A stretch of 63,995 nucleotides of DNA, the filler included, from Aduncisulcus paluster (taxonomy: Eukaryota), in NCBI GenBank assembly GCA_024181965.1. It is 5 parts of 5 records of this genome, joined end to end, with 100 filler letters (N's around TTAATTAATTAA, not from the genome) between each part and the next. Parts side by side here need not be neighbours in the genome. Positions count along the whole stretch, not along the records: positions 1 to 26,846 come from BQXS01009685.1; 4 more parts are not named here. The stretch is one strand, 5' to 3'. A program made the translations under genes and the position numbers. This document shows positions 10,720 through 23,315 of this stretch, one piece after another. Under the pieces are notes generated by a model. That model did not search any database. It had not been told where the DNA came from and saw nothing but the letters and a program-made list of their open reading frames with translations. Position 1 is the stretch's first letter. Each line of letters begins with the position of its first letter.

Positions 10720-11182
10720 GATCGGGCTTTTGTTGTTTTTTGATGATTGTCTTCTGTTTATTCCATCTTTTTTAGACAATCGCAATTTGTATAGATGTCA
10801 TTCTATTGCTAAGGTTAGTATCTTATTTTATTCTTTCTCTATATTATTTTCTTGCTTAATAGCTCTCTCGCCTCTCTATTCTGAAAATCTGTTAATTCTT
10901 CTCCTTATCGTTTTACGATTTTATGTAGGCTAAAATCAATTTTCTGCCTCCAATAAAAATATTCTTTCGATATTTGTTTTTGCATATTCTATCAGATTCG
11001 GCCTTGAGAAAAATCATTCCTTTTATTCCATCGGGGACAAAATAATAAAATCAACTCGGCATAAAAAATGTTAAATGTTTTATTTATATAATATTTTATC
11101 CAATGGAATCTTGTTAATCATTATAGATCTTTGGTGAATGAACATTGAAAAAAAATAGCTTCTTGGACAACAAAAAACCCTC

Positions 11183-14100
11183 ATGAAAATCGAAATTCAT
11201 TCCGGTTTTCTACGAAAACGAGGAAATAATGTAAAATCTTGGAAAGATCGTTATTTTATATTGTATTCGGATGGTTATTTGGAATATTACACGAATGCAA
11301 AGAAAGAACTGAAAAAAGGAACAGTCTCATTGAAAAATGCTAAAGTTGAGGAATGTACTGATCCTTCAATTAAATTTAAACATGCTTTGTCCATTATTTG
11401 TTCCGATAGAACTTGGATCTTTGCTGGAAAGAATGAAGAAGAAATTCAGGCTTGGATATTGCATTTATCTTCAATTATTTCATCTCTGGCTGCTGCTGGT
11501 GAGAAAGGTGATCCCAGCGGCCCTTCCAAAGTTGCAGGTTCCGAGGAAGCTGAGGAAAGACGACAAATTGCCACCCAACTCGGTGATGATCCTGTTGCAT
11601 TGTCTCTATCTAGAATTAAAGGTTTAGCTGATATTCCGCCGTATATTTGTCTTGGAGATACTAACAATGTGCGGCTTACCTACGAAAGAGAAGTTGAGCG
11701 CAAAGTCACAGTTTCTGCCTCGAATGTGCAATCTACAATGTCTGCTCCTTCTAAATCATCATCTTTCGCAGAAATTCTTGCTGATAGTGCTCCAACACTC
11801 CCCAAAAAGGGCATTTCTGAAACATACTTAAGCAAGCTCTCAAAGTTCTATCGGCAGCGTTCTGATGCTCTTTTTGACATGGTTAGTGTGAAACATCGTT
11901 CTCTATACCCCCGTGAGTGGGGCATTGTCTCTGCTGTTACAAGGGGAATATCTGTAGATGACGATGATATCTTGTCTCAACTTCCACCCAATAAGTTGAA
12001 AGTTCCCTCCTTATCATCGATCGGAAACAATGCCCTCCTGTGTACAGCCTGTAAGGAGACTACAGTCTTTGGTTCTCAGTCCTCGTCCAGTCTTAATGTT
12101 CGTAAACTAATCGATTATCACAAGACAGCGCTTAGCAATGACATGACTCTGTATTTATTCCCACACTGCATCATATTTGCGTGTGTTCCAAATTTAGACA
12201 TTGCTGAGGAAACCAGGCGAAAGACCAAAGTGACGATCCAGACGTCATGTGAAGTTGTGCTCATCTCTGACATCAAAGACATCAAATGCAAGGATTTCCC
12301 TGTGTCTGGTGTCAATTCTGTGTGTATTTGCATCACCACAGAGTCCTCTTCTTACCTTCTTTATGACCTTGCTGATCCTCACGGGATCTGTGCCCGTATC
12401 GAAGAGTGCTCAGAGATGGGAACGACGGGAAAGGATGTATTCGAGACGAGGATGGCAGAATGGAGGAAGAATAGAGCATCCACACGTGCTCAGATGTTGT
12501 CTTCATCAAACAAGGTCGGATTGACATCAATAACTCAACAGCATCAATACAATGCACCGTCGTTCTCTCCCTTTTCCTTCCTTGGGTCAGTGAGTGGGTG
12601 TGTCTGGATGTGCACAGGACGGGAGAGACGTGGGCTTGAAGGGTTACAGTGGAGCGAGAGAGTTGTATGTTTTAAGAGTGGATTGATGGCTGTATTTGAG
12701 ACTCAATATGTCCTTGGCATGAGTGGAAGTGACTCAGAAGAAGAGTCCCACGGCATTTCTTCCTCTTCTCTCTCCTCCTCCTCTGCTTTTGTGTCCCTTG
12801 TGAACTGTGATGCCCAGAGAGGAGATAAGATAACTGGTGTTGGATCGAGTGTTCTGATAACCTTTGCCAATACATACCGTGAGGGAGATATCGATCAGGG
12901 GATTATGTTACCATCATCGACATTCCCAAGCGTGTTTTCTTCAGGCATCTCATCAAGTACTGGGGGATTGCACTCTCGTTTCCCTCACTGCATTCTCCTC
13001 AAATGCCACAGTGCGGAGGAGGCAGAGTTGATGCTGAGTGAAGTCAATGCGGAAAGGTCGTGGCTTGTGAATGAGTCTGAGAAGGAAGAGGTAAGGCAAC
13101 AGAGTGAGCTTGCAAGGAGAGTGTGTGCCAGTGCAGGTGGTATTGCTATCACTGACAAAGAAACAATAGCGGAGGAGTCTAAGATATTGTTAAAGGGCAA
13201 ATTGGGAAAGGAGAGGAAAGCTCAAGTCGATATGGAGGTTAAGAATGGAGTTAGATTGATGTGGCATCAAGAAAACGCGCAAGAATGGCTTGAATATCTT
13301 GAAGAGGAAGAAGAAGAAGAAGAGGAGGAGGAGGAAGAAGAGGGAGAAGAAGAAGAGGAAGAGAGAGAAGGAGAGAAAGGCAAAAAGGATGGCGAGTCTG
13401 ATCCCAAGACCCAAGAGCTCCACCAGTCAGCTGATGTGAAGAAGCTTAACTCTGACATAATGAGGAGGAATAATCCATTCAAGGATTTTAATTTCAGAGT
13501 GTCTTCCTCCTTATCTCATACTGTTCCAGAGATTAGAAATAACACTGGGTTTATTACACATCGGCCGCCACATACGGTTGAATCTATGCTCGGGACTTTC
13601 CTTGCCATGTCCCATGCCACGTCTGTTGACAACGCCGAAGCCATTGCTCTTCTCAAGCTGTTCTTCTGGGATGTCGCAGAGGACGATTTGAGCAGCATTT
13701 TACGAACTTTGACTGGTGTTCGGATGCGCTGGGGAGGCAGTGTTGATACTTACATTGGTATTCTTGTTGTGACTGAACAGCGAGTGTTCTTTATAACTAC
13801 ATCTGTCGAGAGAGATGGACGTATCGTGTTTACCTATGGAGACAATGATTCAAGCGATCTGAGATCTGATGGGACAAGTGATCCTCCCCTTATTCCTGAT
13901 ACTCCCTGCATGTCTCTGTCATATTCTCACCTAGATAAACCTCGTCCGCAGCAATCCTCCACCTCTGTGAACCTTGGTATACTCTCGTTGAAGAGTTTCT
14001 TCCCTCTGAGTGGCACTAAAGATGGGAATATTAGACAATGGGCCCTTTCAAAACTTCGGGAAGAAGAGGCTGAGGAAGAGGATGCTGTTCCAATTCCTAA

Positions 14101-17100
14101 GAATGCTGTCAAAAAGATCTCGTCAGCTCTTCTTTCAGCCCAACCACCTTTCTTCTCCTCGTCACATAATATCACCTTTGAAATGACTATGAACAACAGG
14201 GATGAGCTTGTGAGACTCTTGTTGGATATTATCGCTCTATCAAAAGGAGAACAGATGCCTTCGATGTACTCTAGTTCAAACAAACCCACTGCTTTCGCAT
14301 CAGCACACTCCTCTATGTGTTCACTATGTGGTAATGTGGGTGTCGGTGTTATTCGGGTGTGTCAGAAAGATGAGATGATAGAGGGAGAAGAGATTCTTGG
14401 GGAAATTAAGGTGAAAGGAAAGAGTTGGCGTGTTCGTGATCAAGATCGTTCCGTGGAAGGCCACAGTGAAGGTAGTAGTAGATACCTTTCGGATGGAAGA
14501 CTCTCATTCCGGCATTCTACTTTGATGGAAAGGTCTGAGAGTGGTTCCATACTCCCCTCCCCGTCTTCGTCCTCCCACGTGACTACTCTGGTCTGTGCAT
14601 GTCAATGGGTGAATGTATTTGCTGCCGTGTCATCTTCAAATGCTTTACTTCATCTCTACCACTCTTCATCTTCCTTGACTCCCTTTACGATCCTTCCTTT
14701 GTCCACTGCTGTGCTCCATCCTACCCTTGGAACTTCCTCTGTGTCAGCATCATCGGCATCTGCATCATTCTCCCTTGTGTGGAATGACACTGGCGGTGTG
14801 GTCATCATGAAAAGTCAGAGAGATAGCGAAATGTGGCAAAGAATCCTCAGTGGTGCTTGTGGTGCTCGCGAAACCATTTCTTCTGGTCCAGGAGGAAGTA
14901 AGAAGGGGAAACAAGGGAGTGAAGAGAAAGAGACAAGGGATACCGAAGCTAACCGGACAAGTGGAAGGTCGAGAGAGACCATTTGGGAGATCATTGATGA
15001 ACAACGGACAAGATCGTTGCTTTTCTCCCCTTCGATTCCCTCAAAACTCTCCAATTGGATAAAGAATCCCACCACAGGTGATGATTCAGCTAGTTCCGAT
15101 GCTGATATTACAAAGGTTGATAAACCCATCATGTCCGAGCTTCCCCCTGAACTGGCCTCCACATTTATGACGTTCTTCTCGACATGCACAAAGAGTCCAC
15201 GAGAGCGTGAGATCTTGTACACTACTCCTGTTTATGTGTGTGATGGAGTGGGTGAGCGTCTCCATGCGTGTTTGTACGTTTGTTTAGAAGAGATCTATAT
15301 CGTCTGTTCCAATAAGAAACCTAAGAAGGTCGAGAAGAAAGATGAGAAAAAGGGGAAGAAAGGTTGGGGCTGGGGTAGAAAAGGAAAAGAAGAGGAAGAA
15401 TCAAAGTCAACAAAAGAAGAAAGTCAAGGGAAAATGACTGGAATCACCGTCTCAACAATCAATAAGGGCTCTTCTGCGGTTAAACGAATCCTGTCCTTCC
15501 AAGAGGAATATTTAGAATCTCTCATGACACTTCGTTCTCAATGTACTATTTTTAGCACACCTATCTCCAAGCTTGCCAATGTTGCCATGAGTGATCCCAC
15601 TCATATTCTCTTGCAGGGTAGCCTTAACCTAACGCTCGAAGTAAGTTGTGAGGCTGCTTATTTGCAGATTCTGCTTAATGATTTGATCGAATGGAAACGA
15701 CACAAGCGAGTGACGAGTATTAAGATTGCTTACGCTTCACAGCAAGGAGAGGAGGAGGAGGAAGGTCGAGAGCGGGAAAAACATGAAGAATTGACACCTT
15801 CAAATCCCAGTGGTCTTGCTGCAAATATCAACCCTCCTTCATTTTCTCTCACCCTCCTCTCTTCTCTGCCTCCCTCACATTCATTCTCCATCATTCACAC
15901 TGGGTATATTGGTCTCTATGAATGGAGACTTCCACTGGCTGAGCAATACAGGGCCGGGGGTGTTATCAAGAAAGAGGATGAAGAACAGCTCAGAGAAAAG
16001 TTAGAAAGGAAGATGTGGACAGTGTTAGTGTCCATTGATCCTGCACAAGGATCTGATGGGAAGAAGGGGTCGAAAGGAAGTCGGAGAGGTCATTCAATTG
16101 AGGAAGATAAGAAGAAGGATTCCCCGACACGTATGTTATTCATCCTCTTCTTCTCTTCTTCCCTCTCGTTTGGGTATATTGGTCTCTATGAATGGAGACT
16201 TCCACTGGCTGAGCAATACAGGGCCGGGGGTGTTATCAAGAAAGAGGATGAAGAACAGCTCAGAGAAAAGTTAGAAAGGAAGATGTGGACAGTGTTAGTG
16301 TCCATTGATCCTGCACAAGGATCTGATGGGAAGAAGGGGTCGAAAGGAAGTCGGAGAGGTCATTCAATTGAGGAAGATAACCCTCCTTCATTTTCTCTCA
16401 CCCTCCTCTCTTCTCTGCCTCCCTCACATTCATTCTCCATCATTCACACTGGGTATATTGGTCTCTATGAATGGAGACTTCCACTGGCTGAGCAATACAG
16501 GGCCGGGGGTGTTATCAAGAAAGAGGATGAAGAACAGCTCAGAGAAAAGTTAGAAAGGAAGATGTGGACAGTGTTAGTGTCCATTGATCCTGCACAAGGA
16601 TCTGATGGGAAGAAGGGGTCGAAAGGAAGTGGAGACTTCCACTGGCTGAGCAATACAGGGCCGGGGGTGTTATCAAGAAAGAGGATGAAGAACAGCTCAG
16701 AGAAAAGTTAGAAAGGAAGATGTGGACAGTGTTAGTGTCCATTGATCCTGCACAAGGATCTGATGGGAAGAAGGGGTCGAAAGGAAGTCGGAGAGGTCAT
16801 TCAATTGAGGAAGATAAGAAGAAGGATTCCCCGACACGTATGTTATTCATCCTCTTCTTCTCTTCTTCCCTCTCGTTGCGTCCTCTGTTCTCCTTGGAAC
16901 TTTCCTCGATGAGTGGTGCTTCTGTTGCCAATGATCTCACACATGGGCGACCCTCATTCAGCATTGTTCTTGATGGTGGCACTATGTTCCTTTTCCTTGC
17001 ACCTAACCCTCAACGATGGATCGACTCCATCAACTCAAACATCCCGCAGCTCTGTTGTGCTTCAGTGAGGATCAGAGAAATAAGAAGAAGATCTTTAACC

Positions 17101-20100
17101 TCTACTTTGTCCCATCGCCAACTCGTTCTTCTTGTGTCCACACAATTCTCCCTAGCTCCAACAGAGAAGATATGCGGAATTGTTGAGGGATGTGAGTGTG
17201 AATGGAAAGATAAGGGAGATGATGATGATATTGTTAATTGTAAGGGAGTTGTCGTCATTACAAATTCACGGATACTGTTCATATCTCTCTCACATAATCC
17301 TTTGAAACTGTCTCTATCTATCTCTTGTCTACAGTCAATTTCTAGGGCTCATCCACAGACGTTGTCAATTGCAGCATTGCCACCCAGAGATCACTTAGTC
17401 CAGACAATACCTCCCCTCTTGTTCTTAGATCATTCCTCAACTATCGGAGCAGATCCCATGAAAAAGAAAGGAAGAGTGTTCTTATTCGGTGCTCCTGATT
17501 ATGCTCTCGGAATGTCCTCTGCCATTGGGACAACTGGGAGCCCACACACTCAGATCCCTGCTTCAATATTATCTTTTTCCTCTGACATTTCGACTATTAA
17601 TTCCCTTACCCTCACTCTAATGGATGTATGTGAACAATTCAGTCGAATCCAACTTTCTCAAATATCTCAAGGCACTGGTGTGACCGATATTGGATGTTTA
17701 CCATCTCTTCGAACTGTGACTCTCTCTATCTATCTCTTGTCTACAGTCAATTTCTAGGGCTCATCCACAGACGTTGTCAATTGCAGCATTGCCACCCAGA
17801 GATCACTTAGTCCAGACAATACCTCCCCTCTTGTTCTTAGATCATTCCTCAACTATCGGAGCAGATCCCATGAAAAAGAAAGGAAGAGTGTTCTTATTCG
17901 GTGCTCCTGATTATGCTCTCGGAATGTCCTCTGCCATTGGGACAACTGGGAGCCCACACACTCAGATCCCTGCTTCAATATTATCTTTTTCCTCTGACAT
18001 TTCGACTATTAATTCCCTTACCCCATGAAAAAGAAAGGAAGAGTGTTCTTATTCGGTGCTCCTGATTATGCTCTCGGAATGTCCTCTGCCATTGGGACAA
18101 CTGGGAGCCCACACACTCAGATCCCTGCTTCAATATTATCTTTTTCCTCTGACATTTCGACTATTAATTCCCTTACCCTCACTCTAATGGATGTATGTGA
18201 ACAATTCAGTCGAATCCAACTTTCTCAAATATCTCAAGGCACTGGTGTGACCGATATTGGATGTTTACCATCTCTTCGAACTGTGACTCCAACTTTCTAT
18301 GCTCTCTCCGAGGACGAACAGACTCATCCATTGCCCGTCTCCTTGTTGATTCCACACCCAATGAAGACAACGTCTGTCGATCCTTCGTCCTCACTCGAGT
18401 CTCATGTTGAGCATCTGCCACATTCAGGTGGTCTTTTCAGCCCAATCTCACGTGCCATTGGATGTATGGAGCGTGGTCTTTGTTGTTGGAGTGATGCGTG
18501 GATATCTACATTCGGGGGGAAGCTGTATGTGTTTACTTCACATAGCTCTACATACCCAAGCCACTGCATAGACCTTTATGGTTGCTCTATTTGGGATATG
18601 GGAGAGATATTCGGTCTGTCGGGGTGTGTGAGTGTCTGTTTGGATGAGACAAGGATGCTTATTGTCCGATTCGTTGATCGAGAGTGTGTTGGACAGTGGT
18701 GCGGAGCATTACAGGTTGCTGTGATGAAAGAGAACACTGCTCGTAAGAAAAAGCGAATTGACACTGAATTCGAGGAAAAACGTTCCAAGAAAAGTAAGAG
18801 AGGAAAGAGAGCGGCAAAGGGGAAGAAAGACGAAGATGCTGAATTATTGAAAGAAATTGAGAGGAGAATAATGTCTGAACCTGACCCTTCAATGGTTATC
18901 CAGCGAAAAGTCGGAGAGGCAGCACAAAGGGCCAAAGAACAATCCAGGTGGTGGAAGGAAATGGCTGAGACTGAGGCTTTGATGGAGAAAGAAGAGAAAG
19001 AGCGTGATCAGATCAGTCAGCGTGGTGAAATGATTGGTAGAAGCCCCAAAGAAGAGAGAGAGATGGAGCTTCGGAAGGAGAGGGAAGTTCTTGTGTCTGG
19101 ATCTTTCCCGATTGTTATGCGATACCCATTCATGTCCTTGCCTCTAACCCTTTCCCTGTCTTCTGGTGCCTTATCCCTTGTTCCTCGTAACTTCTTAGCC
19201 TGTAACGAACAGTACATTGAATGGAAAGATGTTGTATGTGTCTGTGGAGATGTTCAGCACACCAAAGGAGCTGAAGATGATTCCAACACTGGTTCCATTA
19301 TGGGTGCAAGCGGTGATCTGTCTGCAAAAGTCAGCAAAGAGGTCGATGAGCAAGGTGGAACAAACGATGCGAAAGGAGATGGGAATAGGTCAAGGAAAGG
19401 ATCAGCTTCTGTTGTCCCTGGGAGAGGGATCACTGGCCTCTCTTCCCTTGATTTTTCTCTCAAGACAGACGAGATAAATGATGTGAAATCTTCAGGATTT
19501 TACGATATTATCTCGACTAAGAAGGACCCTGACACCAATTCAACCCTCTATCCACTTCACATTTATGTCTCTGTTGGTTCTTTCAAGGGATTTGGAGATG
19601 CTATTGAAGAAGAGATCAAGCACACAAAGGGGGTTCAAGATGCAAGAGAAAAAGAAGACAAAGACTTAAAAAAACAAATCCAACGTCTCCTTACTGATGC
19701 TCCTGATGAAGCCATCTTCTCATTCCCTGCCTCATCAAGAACTCTATCTTCCTCCGTAATTTCCATGTTCCCTTCTCTGACCTCCTGGTGTGCTTTCAAT
19801 GAACAACGAGAAGCTGCCTGGTGGAAACAAAGAGCTCCTGCTTCGTTGTGGTGTCTCGATGACCATAACAATGTGACAAAACCTCCATTATCCATTCCAC
19901 AAACATGTTTCACTCTTTATTTCGATAAGATAGACGATCGTAATGAAGCCTTGGAGTGCTGTTATAATGCTCTTGCTCTAAGACACGGAATAACTCCACT
20001 TTCTATGCTATTCCAGAAGCCACCTATGCAATTATTTAGCCTTCCTTCCCTTTCTCTCCGCAGTGTTTGTGCATCTCTTAAAACGGACGGAAGTAGTGTG

Positions 20101-22483
20101 TCTTCAAAATCAAAAGGAAGCATCGATAAAGAGACTCTAGCTGGTGTCAGAGCCTCTCTTGTGGCGAGCAATCCCATTTATCCGTCTTTTGACTGTGAGT
20201 TCCTCAACGATCGAGGTTCTGAATGGGTGTGGGGTCGTGTTGTCCTTATCCATGGTTTTTTGTTCTTGTTGACTGAAAATCCGGAGCAGCAAGAAGAGAA
20301 ACAAGCATCCACATTCCTCTCTCTCCTCGCTGGAAAGACTGGCGCAGAGAAGAAAGCCTATGTTTCTAAAGAGCGGATCGAGAGGATGCTGCCAATGAGT
20401 CGTGGAGCCTTGGCTAAGAAATCTGAGAATGTTACAGGGCGAGCAGGAAGTGTGGGTGTATTTTGTGTTGAGATCGGAATGAAGAATCTTTCAGCACACG
20501 TTATTACTCAGCTATGTGCAGCTTTCTCCAAGGAGATGCGCAAAAACGATAGGCTAAGAAACGGATGGGAGGAAGTTTCATTCCAAAAAGAATCCATGTC
20601 TGAAGGTCTGTTAATGGGGGCATTTGATAGAATTGTTGAATATGTCCATATTAACAATATCAAGACATCTTCTGGGCTTTTGGCTTCAAGTTCCGCTACT
20701 CTTTCGTTTGCTCCTCCCTTATTCGTTGGACTTGACACTGAGGAGAAGGCCAGTTGTGACCGTATGATTAAATCTGTGAATAGTATTGGCGCCAAAGATG
20801 TTGCCAAAGATGTTATAAGGCAATTGGAACTTCAGAGTACAAAGGCATCTCTTAATCATTTGTCTGAGAGACATTGGAAGAAGACTCTTGCCGATTATCC
20901 CCAGATCCCAGATTTCCACGCTTCTTGGAGAAGGGGCATTGATAAGGTAATTACTCAAAGCCTTGAATCAAATCGAGACAAACTTCTTGGTTGTTTCTCT
21001 GTAAAGGCCAACACAACTCTTGGACCATGCACTGGAACTCTGCTCATTGGTTCAGTTCTCCTTGTTTTTGTTGGAGGTCGTACTGGTAAGAAAGGTGACA
21101 TTATCTGTGTGCGTGAGATTGCCGGAGTTGATGTCACAATTGATGGTCCTGAAGGGAAAGAAGAGCTGATATGTAGTTGGGAGGAGTGGGAAGAACGTAT
21201 TGCAGCCGATTCCATCGGAGCTGGCGAAGAATCCATGCAAGTTGTCCAGACACCTGATGGATACAATATTTCAAATGCTCCCAAGATATCATTCACTGGT
21301 CTTGAAGATCCTGAAGCCGTTCAAATTACTCTTGAGGACCTTGCTTCAATCGCTGAAGGTAGTGAAGCCCCCTCTCATCATGAAAATAATCCTTCCGCTC
21401 CCTCTCTCTCTCTGACTGCCTCATACACTGGGTGGATTCTCTGTGTGAGTCCTGGTGAAGGCTGGGTAAGATGTTTTGGGATGGTCAACGGTGGTAAATT
21501 GTATATATACGAAAGTGTTGTGAGTGTGGATGTTCTCGCTATGGTTGATTTGAGAATGTTCAAGCCTGTGATCAAGTTCTGCGACGAAGATGGGAAGGAA
21601 TGGGACACACAGAAGGCCAGGGAACAGCTTAGAAGTGAAGGAGATGAGGATATCTCTTCTGATGAGGAGGAAAAAGAAGAAGAGGGGGAACAGGGAAAGA
21701 AACCAGAAGAGGAAGAGGAAGAGGAAGAGCTCCCCCCTCCTGCTCAATACAGGAAATCTATCGTCTTCTCCTTTGTTAATCGAACTCACGCTCGGGGCGA
21801 TGGACTGGACGTGTGTCTTACGGCTGGTGCCGATGATGTCGACACGTGGTTTGCAGTTCTTAAGACAGCTCATTCTGTGGAGGAGAGTAAGAAAGCTCTC
21901 CTTTGTTAATCGAACTCACGCTCGGGGCGATGGACTGGACGTGTGTCTTACGGCTGGTGCCGATGATGTCGACACGTGGTTTGCAGTTCTTAAGACAGCT
22001 CATTCTGTGGAGGAGAGTAAGAAAGCTCAGAGCCGTCATTTCCTCGGTGGCCGTTCTAGCGGTGCCGGTGGTGCCGGCTTTTTACCGGTTCTATGTGTTC
22101 GATGTGTGAATGTGAAATATCTTGGTCCCGGTTTATTTGGAAAGAAGATGAAGAGAAAAGGAACTCTTCGTTTGTTGAAGAGTCTTGTATGTGACAGTGT
22201 TTTGATTCAATTAGTGGATGGAAAAGTCTCTGAAGACGATGCTGTTGCGTCTGGTCCCTCGAAACACAAGAAGAAACTATCGCCGATATATACTTTGTAC
22301 ACGAATGATATTTGTGATGTTGCGTACAGCGAGGGTGATGAAGAGAAGAAGTTTTCAACAAAGATTATGATCACATCAACTTCAATCTCTTCTGGAGATG
22401 TGAGTTCACATTCCATTTGGATGTTGAACGATGAGGTTGGAAAAGAATGGTTTACTCTCTTGAATGATATCGTTTGGCAGTAA
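11183..22483 (+). CDS. Giant multi-PH/GRAM-like domain protein (~3,298 aa reconstructed), split into four ORFs by duplicated assembly segments
   Basis: Canonical N-terminal PH domain (SGFLRKRGNNVKSWKDRYFIL..LEYY..KGTVSL..EIQAWI). Removing three exact internal duplications (net 707, 567 and 130 nt) fuses ORFs 11183, 16720, 18025 and 21590 into one 9897-nt frame. Confidence 0.75.
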
Positions 22484-22860
22484 TAGAAAAAGAGAGTGAA
22501 CAGTTTTTGTAATTTGTAACTCTTGAAAATTAGTTTTTGGAAATTATTTTGTTATTTTGGAGACAATAGTTTGAGTGGCTACTGCTATTCAATTGTGTGG
22601 TGGTAGAAATTGCATGAGAAATCATTGTTTGGTTCTACAACTTGAAAAAGAATTGGAAATTAATAAAGAATTGTTTAAAACATTATTTATATCGGGTCTC
22701 CTTGCAAGGATTATGGCACGGTCCACCAATGGAACTATTGTTTGAACTTTTTAAGTTAATAACTTGAAGTTATTTAAAACTGTGAGATCTTAACGGATAC
22801 TTTTCAATCAGGTGGCGAATGAATCGGATTCTCAATAGATTCTCGATACATTCTGTTGAT

Positions 22861-22924
22861 GTGATGGTAACCGACATTCCCCGGTTGTACCAGTCACCGC
22901 CTCTATAATAAATTTGCTAGCCAC
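22861..22924. repeat. Dispersed repeat / putative transposon terminus
   Basis: AATAAATTTGCTAGCCAC (22907-22924) is identical to 30451-30468. The upstream AACCGACATT.CCGGT motif is shared with about 30253-30268. Confidence 0.55.
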
Positions 22925-23315
22925 TAACGTGGTCAATAACGTGGTCAATACTGTAACAACCAAAGAGTTAACTTACTAACTCAGTGAGCCTCACTGCAGT
23001 GAGGGCATGTGGAGTAACCAAATGTTGGAATCTAGACCCGATAAATTACCGGAATATAATACTGGCGATAAAAAATTTATGAACATCCTTGACCGCTCCA
23101 TAATATTTTGAAGGTCCATGTTCCTGTGGACCAACTGTATATAGAATATTTATTAATATTAATAATATTATTAATAATAACATATTTTCTTGTTCAAATT
23201 GAAGATCATATAAATGATTTAATAAATCAAAAGATCGGTCATTTTTAGCTTGAATCTGGATCGAGTTAACCAACACACAAATAAACAATTTCCATTATCT
23301 TGATCAAGATTGATA

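Noticed and set aside
13300-13380. GAA/GAG-rich tracts (also near 25.7, 37.2 and 38.4 kb)
   Set aside because: Low-complexity poly-Glu/Lys coding segments within genes.
15831-16877. Apparent tandem repeats in the PH gene (also 17310-18289 and 21768-22028)
   Set aside because: The copies look identical, join at microhomologies and break the frame. Removing them restores one ORF, so these are assembly artefacts rather than a repeat array or diversity-generating cassettes. Long reads would settle it.
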